Below are positions 8,578 through 16,302 of a stretch of DNA of 27,831 nt, one piece after another; positions within the stretch are counted from its first letter, which is position 1; every line of letters begins with the position of its first letter. The translations under genes and the position numbers were made by a program. Under the pieces are notes generated by a model, which had not been told where the DNA came from, searched no databases, and saw only the letters and a list, made by a program, of their open reading frames with translations. Source of the DNA: Deinococcales bacterium (GTDB lineage: Bacteria > Deinococcota > Deinococci > Deinococcales > JAAFIG01); NCBI GenBank assembly GCA_043778225.1, contig JAYWGM010000040.1, positions 1 through 27,831 of the forward strand. The letters run 5' to 3'.

Positions 8578-9719
8578 AAATTATTCGATAACCATGTATC
8601 AACATACGAAATTCTGTTGTTAAGTGCTGCTAGATAGTTTTTCCCACCCCCTTTTGTGAGTTTTTGAAACTGCTCATCCTTTTTTAAATCTATCAGACGA
8701 GTAACCAATTTCTTCAATTTAGAACCTGTTAAATCCTGTAGTTCTAACAAATGATTTTGAATACCTAAAGTGATAGCTTCAAAAATAAGAATTGAAAAAT
8801 TCCCTTGTGAGTTTCCCTTCTCGTTAAAACTTGAGAAGGGAAACTCATCTAAAATTTGTCCTAATACTCCAAATGTTGAAATGAAATTGCTCTTTTCGAG
8901 TTCGTAGTTAAAAATTTCATATTCTTCTGCGTCTTTATCAGATACAACTTCCATATATTTAGTCAGAAAGTCACCAATGTTTTTTGAGTATTTTTGACGA
9001 TAGTTTTTGAACGCAAAAAATCTTAAAGCACACTCTTCCAAATACATTTGTTGTTGCTTTTCTTCAGTTAATCCCTTCATACAGTTTTTATAACTATTTT
9101 CTTTAACTATTGCCTTTAAAAAGTTAATAAATGTACTATCCAATAGTCTGATTGTGCAGTTTCTTAGTTCTTGTTCACTTAAAAGCTCACCTCCAGTATT
9201 GAGTCTTTTGAAAATATGATACTTTAACTTATTATTACTTTCTTGACGTAAAACTTCCATTCGTATGAAATGCCGTTTTAGTTTAATCCGTATTGCATTC
9301 GGTAAATTATCATGTGTTAGACCGTTTAAGTTATTTAAAATATCGCAACCTGTAAGTGTAAGTTGCTTTTCTTCATAATTTAAGAAATCACCTGTATTTT
9401 CATCTAATTTAGATTTAGTACCCCTAAAATGAAAATAAGAAGATATTCTTTGAAGACCATCAATCAGCTCATATATACCTTCTTCTTTTTCAATAACATA
9501 AATCGGTGGTATTGGTAGTTCCAATATCAACGATTCAATAAATTGTGATTGTTTTATCTCATCCCATCTAAAAAGCCTTTGAAAATCAGGTGATATTATT
9601 AGTTCTTTTGATTTAAACATATCAAAAAGCTCATTAAATGAAATATCAACATTTTTTGGTCTTGCATTTTTAGTTGTTGAATCTATCTGTTCAATTAATT
9701 TTATTGGGTCATACGTCAT
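8574..9719 (-). CDS. DUF262 (ParB/Srx-fold, GmrS-like) protein
   Basis: PDFQRLFRW, FIESLILELPIPPIY, IDGLQR, IFKRLNTGGELLSEQELRN. ATG 9719 overlaps the methylase stop (ATGA) and has SD GAGAGG. Confidence 0.9.
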   Translation of the reverse strand: MTYDPIKLIEQIDSTTKNARPKNVDISFNELFDMFKSKELIISPDFQRLFRWDEIKQSQFIESLILELPIPPIYVIEKEEGIYELIDGLQRISSYFHFRGTKSKLDENTGDFLNYEEKQLTLTGCDILNNLNGLTHDNLPNAIRIKLKRHFIRMEVLRQESNNKLKYHIFKRLNTGGELLSEQELRNCTIRLLDSTFINFLKAIVKENSYKNCMKGLTEEKQQQMYLEECALRFFAFKNYRQKYSKNIGDFLTKYMEVVSDKDAEEYEIFNYELEKSNFISTFGVLGQILDEFPFSSFNEKGNSQGNFSILIFEAITLGIQNHLLELQDLTGSKLKKLVTRLIDLKKDEQFQKLTKGGGKNYLAALNNRISYVDTWLSNNL

Positions 9720-11011
9720 AATTTCCTCTCTATACAAAGAATAGATTCTTTTTGCATTTCATTTAGCTGCCTATACTGAGAAGAGTTAATATTTATTTGA
9801 GAAAGTGAACGGGACAAAACATTTTCAGAAAATATATTTGCATTAAATCCTAAACTTTTAAACATTTCTTGATACAAAAAAGGTAAATCTACATAAATTT
9901 CCTTATAAAATGAACCTTGAATAACTAAGTATGCCTTTCCATTTACTTTAAGTACCCTTGCAATTTCAATTATTGATTTTTCAAGATCATCAAAGTAGTC
10001 CCAATATGTCTTATAATAATATGAATTAGACGCTTTGCTAGGGTGTTTTTTTATTTTTTCCAGAACTTCTTTTATAGATTTTGACCAAGTTGCCTTAGGT
10101 TTTTTGACAATTTTATCCCTAACAAGAGGCGCACCCATTATCTTTTTTCTAAATTCCTTAAAACTTTCATGACTTATATCAAAGGAAAGAGCGCAAAGTT
10201 CAAAAGACGTACTGATAGCATAATCAATTCTTGTACAATAAGGTGGTGATGTTAAAATAAAATCAATAGAATTGTCTTTTACTGGTAAATTTTTTGAGTT
10301 ACCAATTTGAATTTGAGAATCAAAAAGCCTTCCATTTGTTGATTTCGGTATATCTTCTACCATAGACTGTATAAAAGAGAGCCACATTTTTGGAAAGTCA
10401 TGTGTGCATGAATCTTGTATTTCATCATTTCTAATCCAAGTTGGATTAGAACTTGGTTTTATCGAAGCATATGTTTTTGCTGCTCTAATCAGGGCATAAA
10501 TTAAAAAATAAGCAATACATGAGATTTTTCCCGATTGGGGAGTTAGTGTAATTTTTTCATGATTAGTTGCAACATTTTTAAGGATTTGCTGTTCAATAAA
10601 TCGGTACTGAAGCACTATTTTTCTTTCTAACCAAATATCTAAGGGGTCGGGTTGATTAGTTGCATTAAATGTCTTTTTTTTTATTTTTGAGCATATCTCA
10701 AATGCCAATCCTGACAACTGACTTGCATCGTCATACCTTATAAGTTTTGATTTGGCTATTAGAACGGCAACTGGGTTTATGTCTATACCTATTGACTGGA
10801 AGCCTAACTCTGTTGCTGCAAGAGTGGTAGTTCCACTTCCATTCCATGGGTCAAGAATAACAGAATCAGAAGAAAGGTTTGCAGAGTGAATAATGGATTT
10901 AGCAAACCTTGCGGAATAACCCGCATAGTAATCGCACCAAGATTCTATCTTTTCTTGTCCAAGTGAATTTCGTTTTGCATCAAAAACTTTTGTACTTATC
11001 ATATTGCCCAC
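9716..11011 (-). CDS. Amino-DNA methyltransferase, probably N4-cytosine, alpha motif order
   Basis: YYAGYS, N-terminal SAM motif ILDPWNGSGTT and GIDINP, C-terminal catalytic TSPPY; GTG start with TATAGT 7 nt upstream. Confidence 0.88.
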   Translation of the reverse strand: MGNMISTKVFDAKRNSLGQEKIESWCDYYAGYSARFAKSIIHSANLSSDSVILDPWNGSGTTTLAATELGFQSIGIDINPVAVLIAKSKLIRYDDASQLSGLAFEICSKIKKKTFNATNQPDPLDIWLERKIVLQYRFIEQQILKNVATNHEKITLTPQSGKISCIAYFLIYALIRAAKTYASIKPSSNPTWIRNDEIQDSCTHDFPKMWLSFIQSMVEDIPKSTNGRLFDSQIQIGNSKNLPVKDNSIDFILTSPPYCTRIDYAISTSFELCALSFDISHESFKEFRKKIMGAPLVRDKIVKKPKATWSKSIKEVLEKIKKHPSKASNSYYYKTYWDYFDDLEKSIIEIARVLKVNGKAYLVIQGSFYKEIYVDLPFLYQEMFKSLGFNANIFSENVLSRSLSQININSSQYRQLNEMQKESILCIERKL

Positions 11012-11073
11012 TTTATCTACTATAGTAAAATTTTAACCTGTTAGCAATCGCTCTTCGTTAAACTTGCAACCAT

Positions 11074-11131
11074 CTCGAGCATTGGCGTTTTGCTCAGGGC
11101 TGCACACAAAATTCTACCACGCTTTTGCTCA
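11074..11131 (+). repeat. Cassette-delimiting direct repeat R1
   Basis: CTCGAGCATTGGCGTTTTGCTCAGGGCTGCACACAAAATTCTACCACGCTTTTGCTCA. Confidence 0.9.
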
Positions 11132-11479
11132 CGCTGGGATTTCATCGCCCAAAGCAAAACCAGAAAACTGCCTCTGAAACGGCGCTTGAAAACCAAGCAC
11201 AATCCGATTCTCAGGTACTCCCTGCTCGAGTAACAAATCCACGATGTTGTACTCGGTGTTGTCCACTTGCACCCAAACAAAATCGTTTTTAATATCTATT
11301 TGAACCAAGGTGCTGTGCGTGAATCTCGAGTTTGCCCATCCAATGTTTTGCAGTTGGTAATGCCCGTTTTGGTCGTCCAGTAAGAATTGGCGTTCAATAC
11401 CTTTTGGTAACAGCACTTGCTTGGTTTGTAACTGATTAAAAATATGATGAACCGCTTTTTGTAATTTGTTCAATGCCAT
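11129..11479 (-). CDS. xisI: XisI-family protein
   Basis: DDQNGHYQLQNIGW, IDIKNDFVWVQVDNTEYNIVDLLLEQGVPENRIVLGFQAPFQR; overlaps the xisH stop. Confidence 0.9.
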   Translation of the reverse strand: MALNKLQKAVHHIFNQLQTKQVLLPKGIERQFLLDDQNGHYQLQNIGWANSRFTHSTLVQIDIKNDFVWVQVDNTEYNIVDLLLEQGVPENRIVLGFQAPFQRQFSGFALGDEIPA

Positions 11480-11880
11480 GCCTCTATCACCTCTTGTTCT
11501 GGATTGTAGACCACAAGTGCAATTTTGTGTAATGCAATCATTTCTGTGGCAAATCGGCTTTGAAAAAACCCGTGGTAGGCACTGCTGGGAATAGCAAGGA
11601 ATAACTGGCGGTCTGGGTCTATGTGTTGTAGGGCATGACGGTAACTGAGGTACTGTCCAAGTGAGGCGCTAAATTCATGAGATGCGGATTGGCGAATAAA
11701 GGTTTTAATCTCTATGGCAATCCGTTCGCCTGCCCGTTCAGCCCCGAGAATTCGTTCTGCTCCAAGGTCTATTTCAAAAGCCGCATCGCCGTACTCGAGC
11801 GAAAGTGGGTCGTTGGTGATTCGCCAACCATCTTTGCGAAGGGCGTTTTTTACTGCGTCACTAAAAAAGTCTTTTGCCAT
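11470..11880 (-). CDS. xisH: XisH-family PD-(D/E)XK-fold protein
   Basis: MAKDFFSDAVKNALRKDGWRITNDPL, IDLGAERILGAE, IAIEIKTF, LGQYLSYR, LFLAIP, YNPEQEVIEAW. Confidence 0.92.
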   Translation of the reverse strand: MAKDFFSDAVKNALRKDGWRITNDPLSLEYGDAAFEIDLGAERILGAERAGERIAIEIKTFIRQSASHEFSASLGQYLSYRHALQHIDPDRQLFLAIPSSAYHGFFQSRFATEMIALHKIALVVYNPEQEVIEAWH

Positions 11881-11913
11881 TTGAATACTTGTTTATTGTA
11901 CAGCAGTTATTGC

Positions 11914-11975
11914 TTCGAGCATTGGCGTTTAGCACGGGGCTACACACAAAACTCTACCACGGTTTACTCAAATAC
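11914..11975 (+). repeat. Cassette-delimiting direct repeat R2
   Basis: TTCGAGCATTGGCGTTTAGCACGGGGCTACACACAAAACTCTACCACGGTTTACTCAAATAC. Confidence 0.9.
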
Positions 11976-12299
11976 TTATCTTGCAAACTCGATTTTCTGC
12001 GTTTGGCTTGGCATCATGTACGCCAACACAATTTCATTTTCTGGAATCCCAAGGCGCATTAGTTCATTGACCACACCAATATCTGTTCCATCTTCTTGCA
12101 CCCAAATCAGGTTGTCTCGAATGTCCATCTGAGCCACAATGCCATGCACTCGCTTATGCTGTTGCCAACCACTGACCAAAAGTTGGTACTGATGCTTTTC
12201 TTTATCGGCAAGTAGCGAATACTCGAGTCTATTGCTGCTGCGTGGTGTGATGCTGTTCAGAACCTCGAGAATGGCTTGTTGAGCGTATTTTATGTCCAT
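11976..12299 (-). CDS. xisI: Second XisI-family protein (orphan)
   Basis: DKEKHQYQLLVSGW, MDIRDNLIWVQEDGTDIGVVNELMRLGIPENEIVLA; ATG 12299 preceded by GAGG. Confidence 0.88.
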   Translation of the reverse strand: MDIKYAQQAILEVLNSITPRSSNRLEYSLLADKEKHQYQLLVSGWQQHKRVHGIVAQMDIRDNLIWVQEDGTDIGVVNELMRLGIPENEIVLAYMMPSQTQKIEFAR

Positions 12300-12328
12300 G
12301 CCTCTGTCGCCTCTTGTGCTGCATTCTA
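12290..12328 (-). pseudogene. 3' remnant of a deleted xisH
   Basis: TAG AAT GCA GCA CAA GAG GCG ACA GAG GCA TGG ACA TAA aligns without gaps to the intact xisH end TAC AAT CCA GAA CAA GAG GTG ATA GAG GCA TGG CAT TGA. Confidence 0.65.
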
Positions 12329-12364
12329 CTTTTAAAACATTCAAAAATACAGTACACTACCATC

Positions 12365-12571
12365 ATGACCATGCAAATCACCCTCGAGAAGAACCTTGAA
12401 GCAGCCGTGCAAAAACTGGCTTTGCAACAAGGTCTAACTGCCGAAGAAGTGGTTCTCGAGGCGATTCGTAAAGAAATAATTCCAAAAGCATGGAGTTTTT
12501 ACGGCTCTGGCGACTCGAGCATAGACGATTTATCTTTGCGTGATGAAGAATTGCTGTTCAGTGAGGGCTGA
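12365..12571 (+). CDS. Putative VapB-type antitoxin (RHH/CopG-like), 68 aa
   Basis: Small acidic-tailed protein directly upstream of the PIN toxin; C-terminal GSGDSSIDDLSLRDEELL is typical of antitoxins; TACACT-N6-ATG start. Confidence 0.75.
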   Translation: MTMQITLEKNLEAAVQKLALQQGLTAEEVVLEAIRKEIIPKAWSFYGSGDSSIDDLSLRDEELLFSEG

Positions 12572-12973
12572 ATGTTTTTGCTGGACACCAATGCTGCTTT
12601 GGCTATTTTGAATCGTCGTGACCCAAATCATGAGGCGATGAAAGCATTTTTTGGACAACCCATTCTTGTGCCAACCACAATTCTTCCTGAAGTGGATTAC
12701 TTGGCAACCAAGTACATTGGTTCTCATGCAGCTCGAGCTTTTCTTGCAGGTTTGGTGGCTGGTGAAATGACGGTTCTTACATTTGAAGCCAGCGATTCTG
12801 AACGGTGTTTAGCGGTCATGAATCGTTATCCTGATGTACCGCTTGGTTTTGTGGATGCCAGTATCATTACCTTAGCCGAAAAGCATCGTATTCAAAAAAT
12901 CTTGACTTTTGACCGAAGGCACTTTTCGTTGGTCAGACCACTTGGTATGAGTCACTTTGATTTGTTGCCTTAA
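12572..12973 (+). CDS. vapC: PIN-domain VapC toxin
   Basis: LLDTNA, TILPEVDYL, LGFVDASIITLAE, ILTFDRRHF. Confidence 0.92.
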   Translation: MFLLDTNAALAILNRRDPNHEAMKAFFGQPILVPTTILPEVDYLATKYIGSHAARAFLAGLVAGEMTVLTFEASDSERCLAVMNRYPDVPLGFVDASIITLAEKHRIQKILTFDRRHFSLVRPLGMSHFDLLP

Positions 12974-12974
12974 T

Positions 12975-13037
12975 CTCGAGCATTGGCGTTTAGCATAGGG
13001 CTGCACACAAAATTCTACCATGCTTTGGCTCGAATAC
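12975..13037 (+). repeat. Cassette-delimiting direct repeat R3
   Basis: CTCGAGCATTGGCGTTTAGCATAGGGCTGCACACAAAATTCTACCATGCTTTGGCTCGAATAC, starting 1 nt after the vapC stop. Confidence 0.9.
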
Positions 13038-13079
13038 AGCATTTTAGCAAATCGTATCTTTTTTGGTACACTTGTTCTC

Positions 13080-13355
13080 ATGAAACACATTGGCAGTAAT
13101 TTCGATGATTTTCTACTCGAGGAAGGTATCCTCGCCGATGCCGAAGCACTAGCCATGAAACGAGTGATTGCTTATCAGCTTTTAGAAGCAATAGAAACCA
13201 AGAAAATCAGTAAAACCGAATTGGCTAAACGCATGAACACCAGCCGTGCAGCGCTTGACCGTTTGCTCGATCCGAACAATCAAAGTGCGACCCTACAAAC
13301 CCTCGAGCGAGCCGCGATTGCCCTTGGTAAACGCCTCGAGATTCGCTTGGTGTAA
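13080..13355 (+). CDS. XRE-family HTH antitoxin (orphan), 91 aa
   Basis: HIGSNFDDFLLEEG, KRVIAYQL, ISKTELAKRMNTSRAALDRLLDP, TLQTLERAAIALG; TACACT-N7-ATG start. Confidence 0.88.
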   Translation: MKHIGSNFDDFLLEEGILADAEALAMKRVIAYQLLEAIETKKISKTELAKRMNTSRAALDRLLDPNNQSATLQTLERAAIALGKRLEIRLV

Positions 13356-13358
13356 ATT

Positions 13359-13390
13359 CTCGAGCATTGGCGTTTAGTAGGATTCTCGAG
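13359..13390 (+). repeat. Truncated repeat R4
   Basis: CTCGAGCATTGGCGTTTAG (19 nt identical to R3), then TAGGATT and a second CTCGAG. Confidence 0.8.
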
Positions 13391-13398
13391 AAGTTTAC

Positions 13399-13743
13399 TT
13401 ACCAAAAGTAATGAACCAGATTTAACCATTCTTGGGGTTCTAAAGTCTCGAGCAACAAATGAATTTCTTCGATGCTTTGCAGTAACGCTTGGTCTTTTGG
13501 AATCATGATAATTCCAGCAAAGTTCTGACCTGCTTGTAGGCGTTCATATGCGTACTTTGGAATGGTTTTGTAATCGTGTGATAATAGAATTCGTTTTTCG
13601 GCTTCGCACCACTCGAGAACTGCTGGGTCTTCTAAGCCAAAAATTTCTGTGTCCTGAATGCGAATAATGTCTAAACTGGGAATAACCCGAAGTAAGCCTC
13701 GTAAAATTCGATTGTCAAAGTTTTCGTCAGCCGCGACTTTCAA
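13399..13743 (-). CDS. DUF5615-family PIN-like putative toxin
   Basis: ADENF, GLEDPAVLEW, RILLSHDYKT; TTG start overlaps the DUF433 stop. Confidence 0.88.
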   Translation of the reverse strand: MKVAADENFDNRILRGLLRVIPSLDIIRIQDTEIFGLEDPAVLEWCEAEKRILLSHDYKTIPKYAYERLQAGQNFAGIIMIPKDQALLQSIEEIHLLLETLEPQEWLNLVHYFW

Positions 13744-14084
13744 CCTAAACCCTTGGCTTTGGCTCGAGCTAAGACTTTTGAGCGCAAAGAAACTGATTCA
13801 GGAAACCATGTTTTGAGGTTCTCGAGGGCGGTTTTCTCGGCTTGCTTGGATTCTTCGAGGTATGCTTTGATTTGAACAGGGTGGCGCAGAACATAAGCAA
13901 TAACCGCGTAAACATCATCTAAGTGTAAGGCTGGGAATGCTTCAACAATTTCCTCTGGGCTAGAACCAGAATTCCAACTGTGCATCAGGGTTTCGAGTGG
14001 TACTCGAGTTTGCCCAATGCGGATGGTGTTGTCCGAATCGGTTCGCAAGGGTACTGCGGTGCTTGGCTCGAAGGTTAAAGTCAT
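13740..14084 (-). CDS. DUF433-domain putative antitoxin
   Basis: IRIGQTRVPLETL, GSSPEEIVEAFPALHLDDVYAVIAY; TACAAT-N6-ATG start at 14084. Confidence 0.9.
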   Translation of the reverse strand: MTLTFEPSTAVPLRTDSDNTIRIGQTRVPLETLMHSWNSGSSPEEIVEAFPALHLDDVYAVIAYVLRHPVQIKAYLEESKQAEKTALENLKTWFPESVSLRSKVLARAKAKGLG

Positions 14085-14120
14085 GGGCAGATTGTACAAT
14101 AGTTTGTTTGTGCGTGAGTT

Positions 14121-14161
14121 TTGGCGTTTAGCACAGGGCTGCACACGAACTTTCGCTCGAG
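14121..14161 (+). repeat. Partial repeat R5
   Basis: TTGGCGTTTAGCACAGGGCTGCACAC matches the R1-R3 core; followed by CTCGAG at 14156. Confidence 0.85.
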
Positions 14162-14167
14162 CGCATT

Positions 14168-14534
14168 TTACAATAAGGCTCGTATTCCCTACCCACCATG
14201 CTTTGGTCTTAGAACCAATTCAACTTCGTACTCGAGGGCTTCGGCTTGCTCGAGAATCGTTTTTATTTCTAGGTTAGCACTGGCTTGTTCGCGCTGATGC
14301 ACCCTGCCTTTGCTAATGCCAAGCTCCGAACCTAATTTACTCAGGCTTTTGCCTCGAGTTTCCCGTGCGTGGCGTAGTAAAATCCCTGCACTCCGAGCCA
14401 GTAATTCGCACTTGAAAGTACGCTCGAGTTCGGTTGGTGTGGTTGTTTCTACTGCTTTGCTGATTCTCGAGAATTCCAGTGCGGATTTCTTCGGGCGTGA
14501 ACGTCTCGAGCATGGCTTTGATTCGTGGGTTCAT
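14168..14534 (-). pseudogene. Frameshifted XRE-family HTH gene
   Basis: Strong SD AAGGAGG before ATG 14534 (MNPRIKAML...). After a shift near 14465 the other frame reads LLRHARETRGKSLSKLGSELGISKGRVHQREQASANLEIKTILEQAEALEYEVELVLRPKHGG*GIRALL*, with an internal TAG at 14189-14191. Confidence 0.75.
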
Positions 14535-14661
14535 ATTTTCCTCCTTGCGCGGTGCGCGACAAGAATTCCTAGCGCTTGTTAAAAAGTGTGAGGGGTTCAG
14601 TAAAAAGTTGTACTTTTTGTGAATATACGTCAAATTGGTCTTAAATTGGTAGACTCTACCT

Positions 14662-16278
14662 ATGCTGCCAGAAAAAAGACTTTCCATTTATGATTGCACC
14701 CTGCGCGACGGCACACAAGGCGAAGGCTTTAATTTGTCGCTCGAGGATAAACTCGAGATTGCCAAAGCCCTCGACCGTTTTGGCGTGCAGTACATCGAAG
14801 GCGGCTGGCCCGGTTCTAACCCCAAGGATGCGCGTTTTTTTGAAGCCATGAAAAGCGTGCCTCTACGCCATGCCAAACTGGCGGCTTTTAGTTTTACCCG
14901 CCAAAGCCATATCTTAAACTGCGAAGACGACCCCAATTTGCGCTCCTTAACCCAAGCCCAAACGCCAGTCATTACACTGGTTGCTAAAACATGGGATAAA
15001 CACGTCACCGATGCGCTTGGGATTAGTCTCGAGCAGAACTTAGCGATGATTAAAGACACCGTGCGCTACTATAAAAGTCTTGGGCGCGAAGTGGTTTTTG
15101 ATGCCGAACTTGCCTTTGCCGGTTTTCGCCACAATCCAGCTTATGCCCTCGAGGTTTTACGCACCGCCGCCGGCGAAGGCGCGGATTGCTTGTGCTTATG
15201 CGACACCCTAGGTGATGTCATGCCCGAAGAAGTGGCACGGTTTGTCACCCAGACGCTCGAGTTGGGTATCCCTGTGGGGATTCATACCCACAACGACCTC
15301 GAGATGGCGGTCGCAAATGCGTTGGTAGCAGTACGCCACGGGGCAAGCCAAGTCCAAGGCACAATCAACGGAGTCGGCGAACGGGTTGGCAATATGAACC
15401 TCATTACTTTTATTGGCTTGATGCAGGCTAAACTCGGGCTTGCCTGTGTTCCAGATTTAAGCAAACTGACCGAAATCAGCCGTTTTGTGGATGCTCGAGC
15501 CAATCGCACCCCGCACAATAATCAGGCTTTGGTTGGCTCGAGTGCCTTTGCTCATAAGGGTGGAATGCACGCTTCTGCGGTTGCCAAAGACCCAAGTTTA
15601 TACGAACACATCAACCCCGAAAGCCTTGGTAATCAGCGCCGCATTCTGATGTCGGATTTATCAGGACGCAGTAATTTGGTGGCTACCGCCAAGCAATACG
15701 GCATCGAACTGAGTGGCAAAGACCCAGCCGTGGCTCAAGCCGTGGTTAAACTCAAAGAACTCGAGGATGAAGGCTTTACCTTTGAAGGTGCGGATGCCAG
15801 TGTGCTGATGCTGCTGCGGCAAGCCCGTGGAGAGCCCGAATTTTTTCAGGTCAGTGTTTTCAGAGCGCAGATAGATTCTTTTGCCGATTTTGACACCGAA
15901 GCCGAAGCCAGCGTTCAGGTTTTTGTCGGGGCAACCAAAGAACACGCGGCAGCCCTTGGCGATGGTCCAGTCAATGCGCTCGATAAAGCCTTACGCGCCA
16001 CGCTCGAGCGCCATTATCCGAGCTTACGCCAAGTCGAACTGCTCGATTATAAAATTCGGGTTCTCGAGGGTTCACAAGGCACAGCCGCTCGAGTGCGGGT
16101 CTTGATTACTTTTGGCGATGGTAAAAGCCAATGGACAACGGTCGGTGCGGGGGTCAACAGCATCAAAGCCTCGTTTATTGCCTTGTGCGATGGTCTGAGC
16201 TTTAAGTTGGTGCAAGATGGAATTGCACCGCCTCGAGATGTCAAAAGCCTCGAGACCCCAGTGCCTGCAACTTTTTAA
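14662..16278 (+). CDS. cimA: Citramalate synthase (LeuA/CimA family)
   Basis: YDCTLRDGTQGEG, YIEGGWPGSNPKD, GIHTHND, AFAHKGGMH, YEHINPE, GDGPVNALDKALR, LLDYKIRVL. Confidence 0.92.
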   Translation: MLPEKRLSIYDCTLRDGTQGEGFNLSLEDKLEIAKALDRFGVQYIEGGWPGSNPKDARFFEAMKSVPLRHAKLAAFSFTRQSHILNCEDDPNLRSLTQAQTPVITLVAKTWDKHVTDALGISLEQNLAMIKDTVRYYKSLGREVVFDAELAFAGFRHNPAYALEVLRTAAGEGADCLCLCDTLGDVMPEEVARFVTQTLELGIPVGIHTHNDLEMAVANALVAVRHGASQVQGTINGVGERVGNMNLITFIGLMQAKLGLACVPDLSKLTEISRFVDARANRTPHNNQALVGSSAFAHKGGMHASAVAKDPSLYEHINPESLGNQRRILMSDLSGRSNLVATAKQYGIELSGKDPAVAQAVVKLKELEDEGFTFEGADASVLMLLRQARGEPEFFQVSVFRAQIDSFADFDTEAEASVQVFVGATKEHAAALGDGPVNALDKALRATLERHYPSLRQVELLDYKIRVLEGSQGTAARVRVLITFGDGKSQWTTVGAGVNSIKASFIALCDGLSFKLVQDGIAPPRDVKSLETPVPATF

Positions 16279-16302
16279 GCCAAAATCGCGTATTGTAAAC
16301 CA

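Larger units (their letters stand above)
7860..11060. mobile_element. AT-rich horizontally acquired defence island
   Basis: Sharp GC drop relative to the flanks, no CTCGAG seen between 7700 and 11073, three ATGA-coupled defence-type genes. No mobility gene; boundaries approximate. Confidence 0.7.

Noticed and set aside
11083..11106. tRNA fragment in the repeat (GGCGTTTAGCACAG resembles a tRNA 5' end)
   Set aside because: No D-loop GG, anticodon arm, TTCGA T-arm or acceptor pairing follows.
11074..14161. Classical integron attC sites or CRISPR repeats
   Set aside because: No RYYYAAC...GTTRRRY ends, only weak dyad symmetry, no intI in the window, and the repeats are separated by whole genes.
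14195..14206. ACCATGCTTTGG as another repeat copy
   Set aside because: Only a 12-nt match to R3, lying inside the XRE pseudogene coding frame; it cannot be distinguished from chance.
7668..14660. IS element, prophage or fdxN-type excision element
   Set aside because: No transposase, integrase, serine recombinase or phage genes are seen.
14337..14687. 116-aa minus-strand ORF as an intact gene
   Set aside because: It overlaps the cimA start; only 14534 to about 14465 is the real N-terminus of the frameshifted XRE gene.
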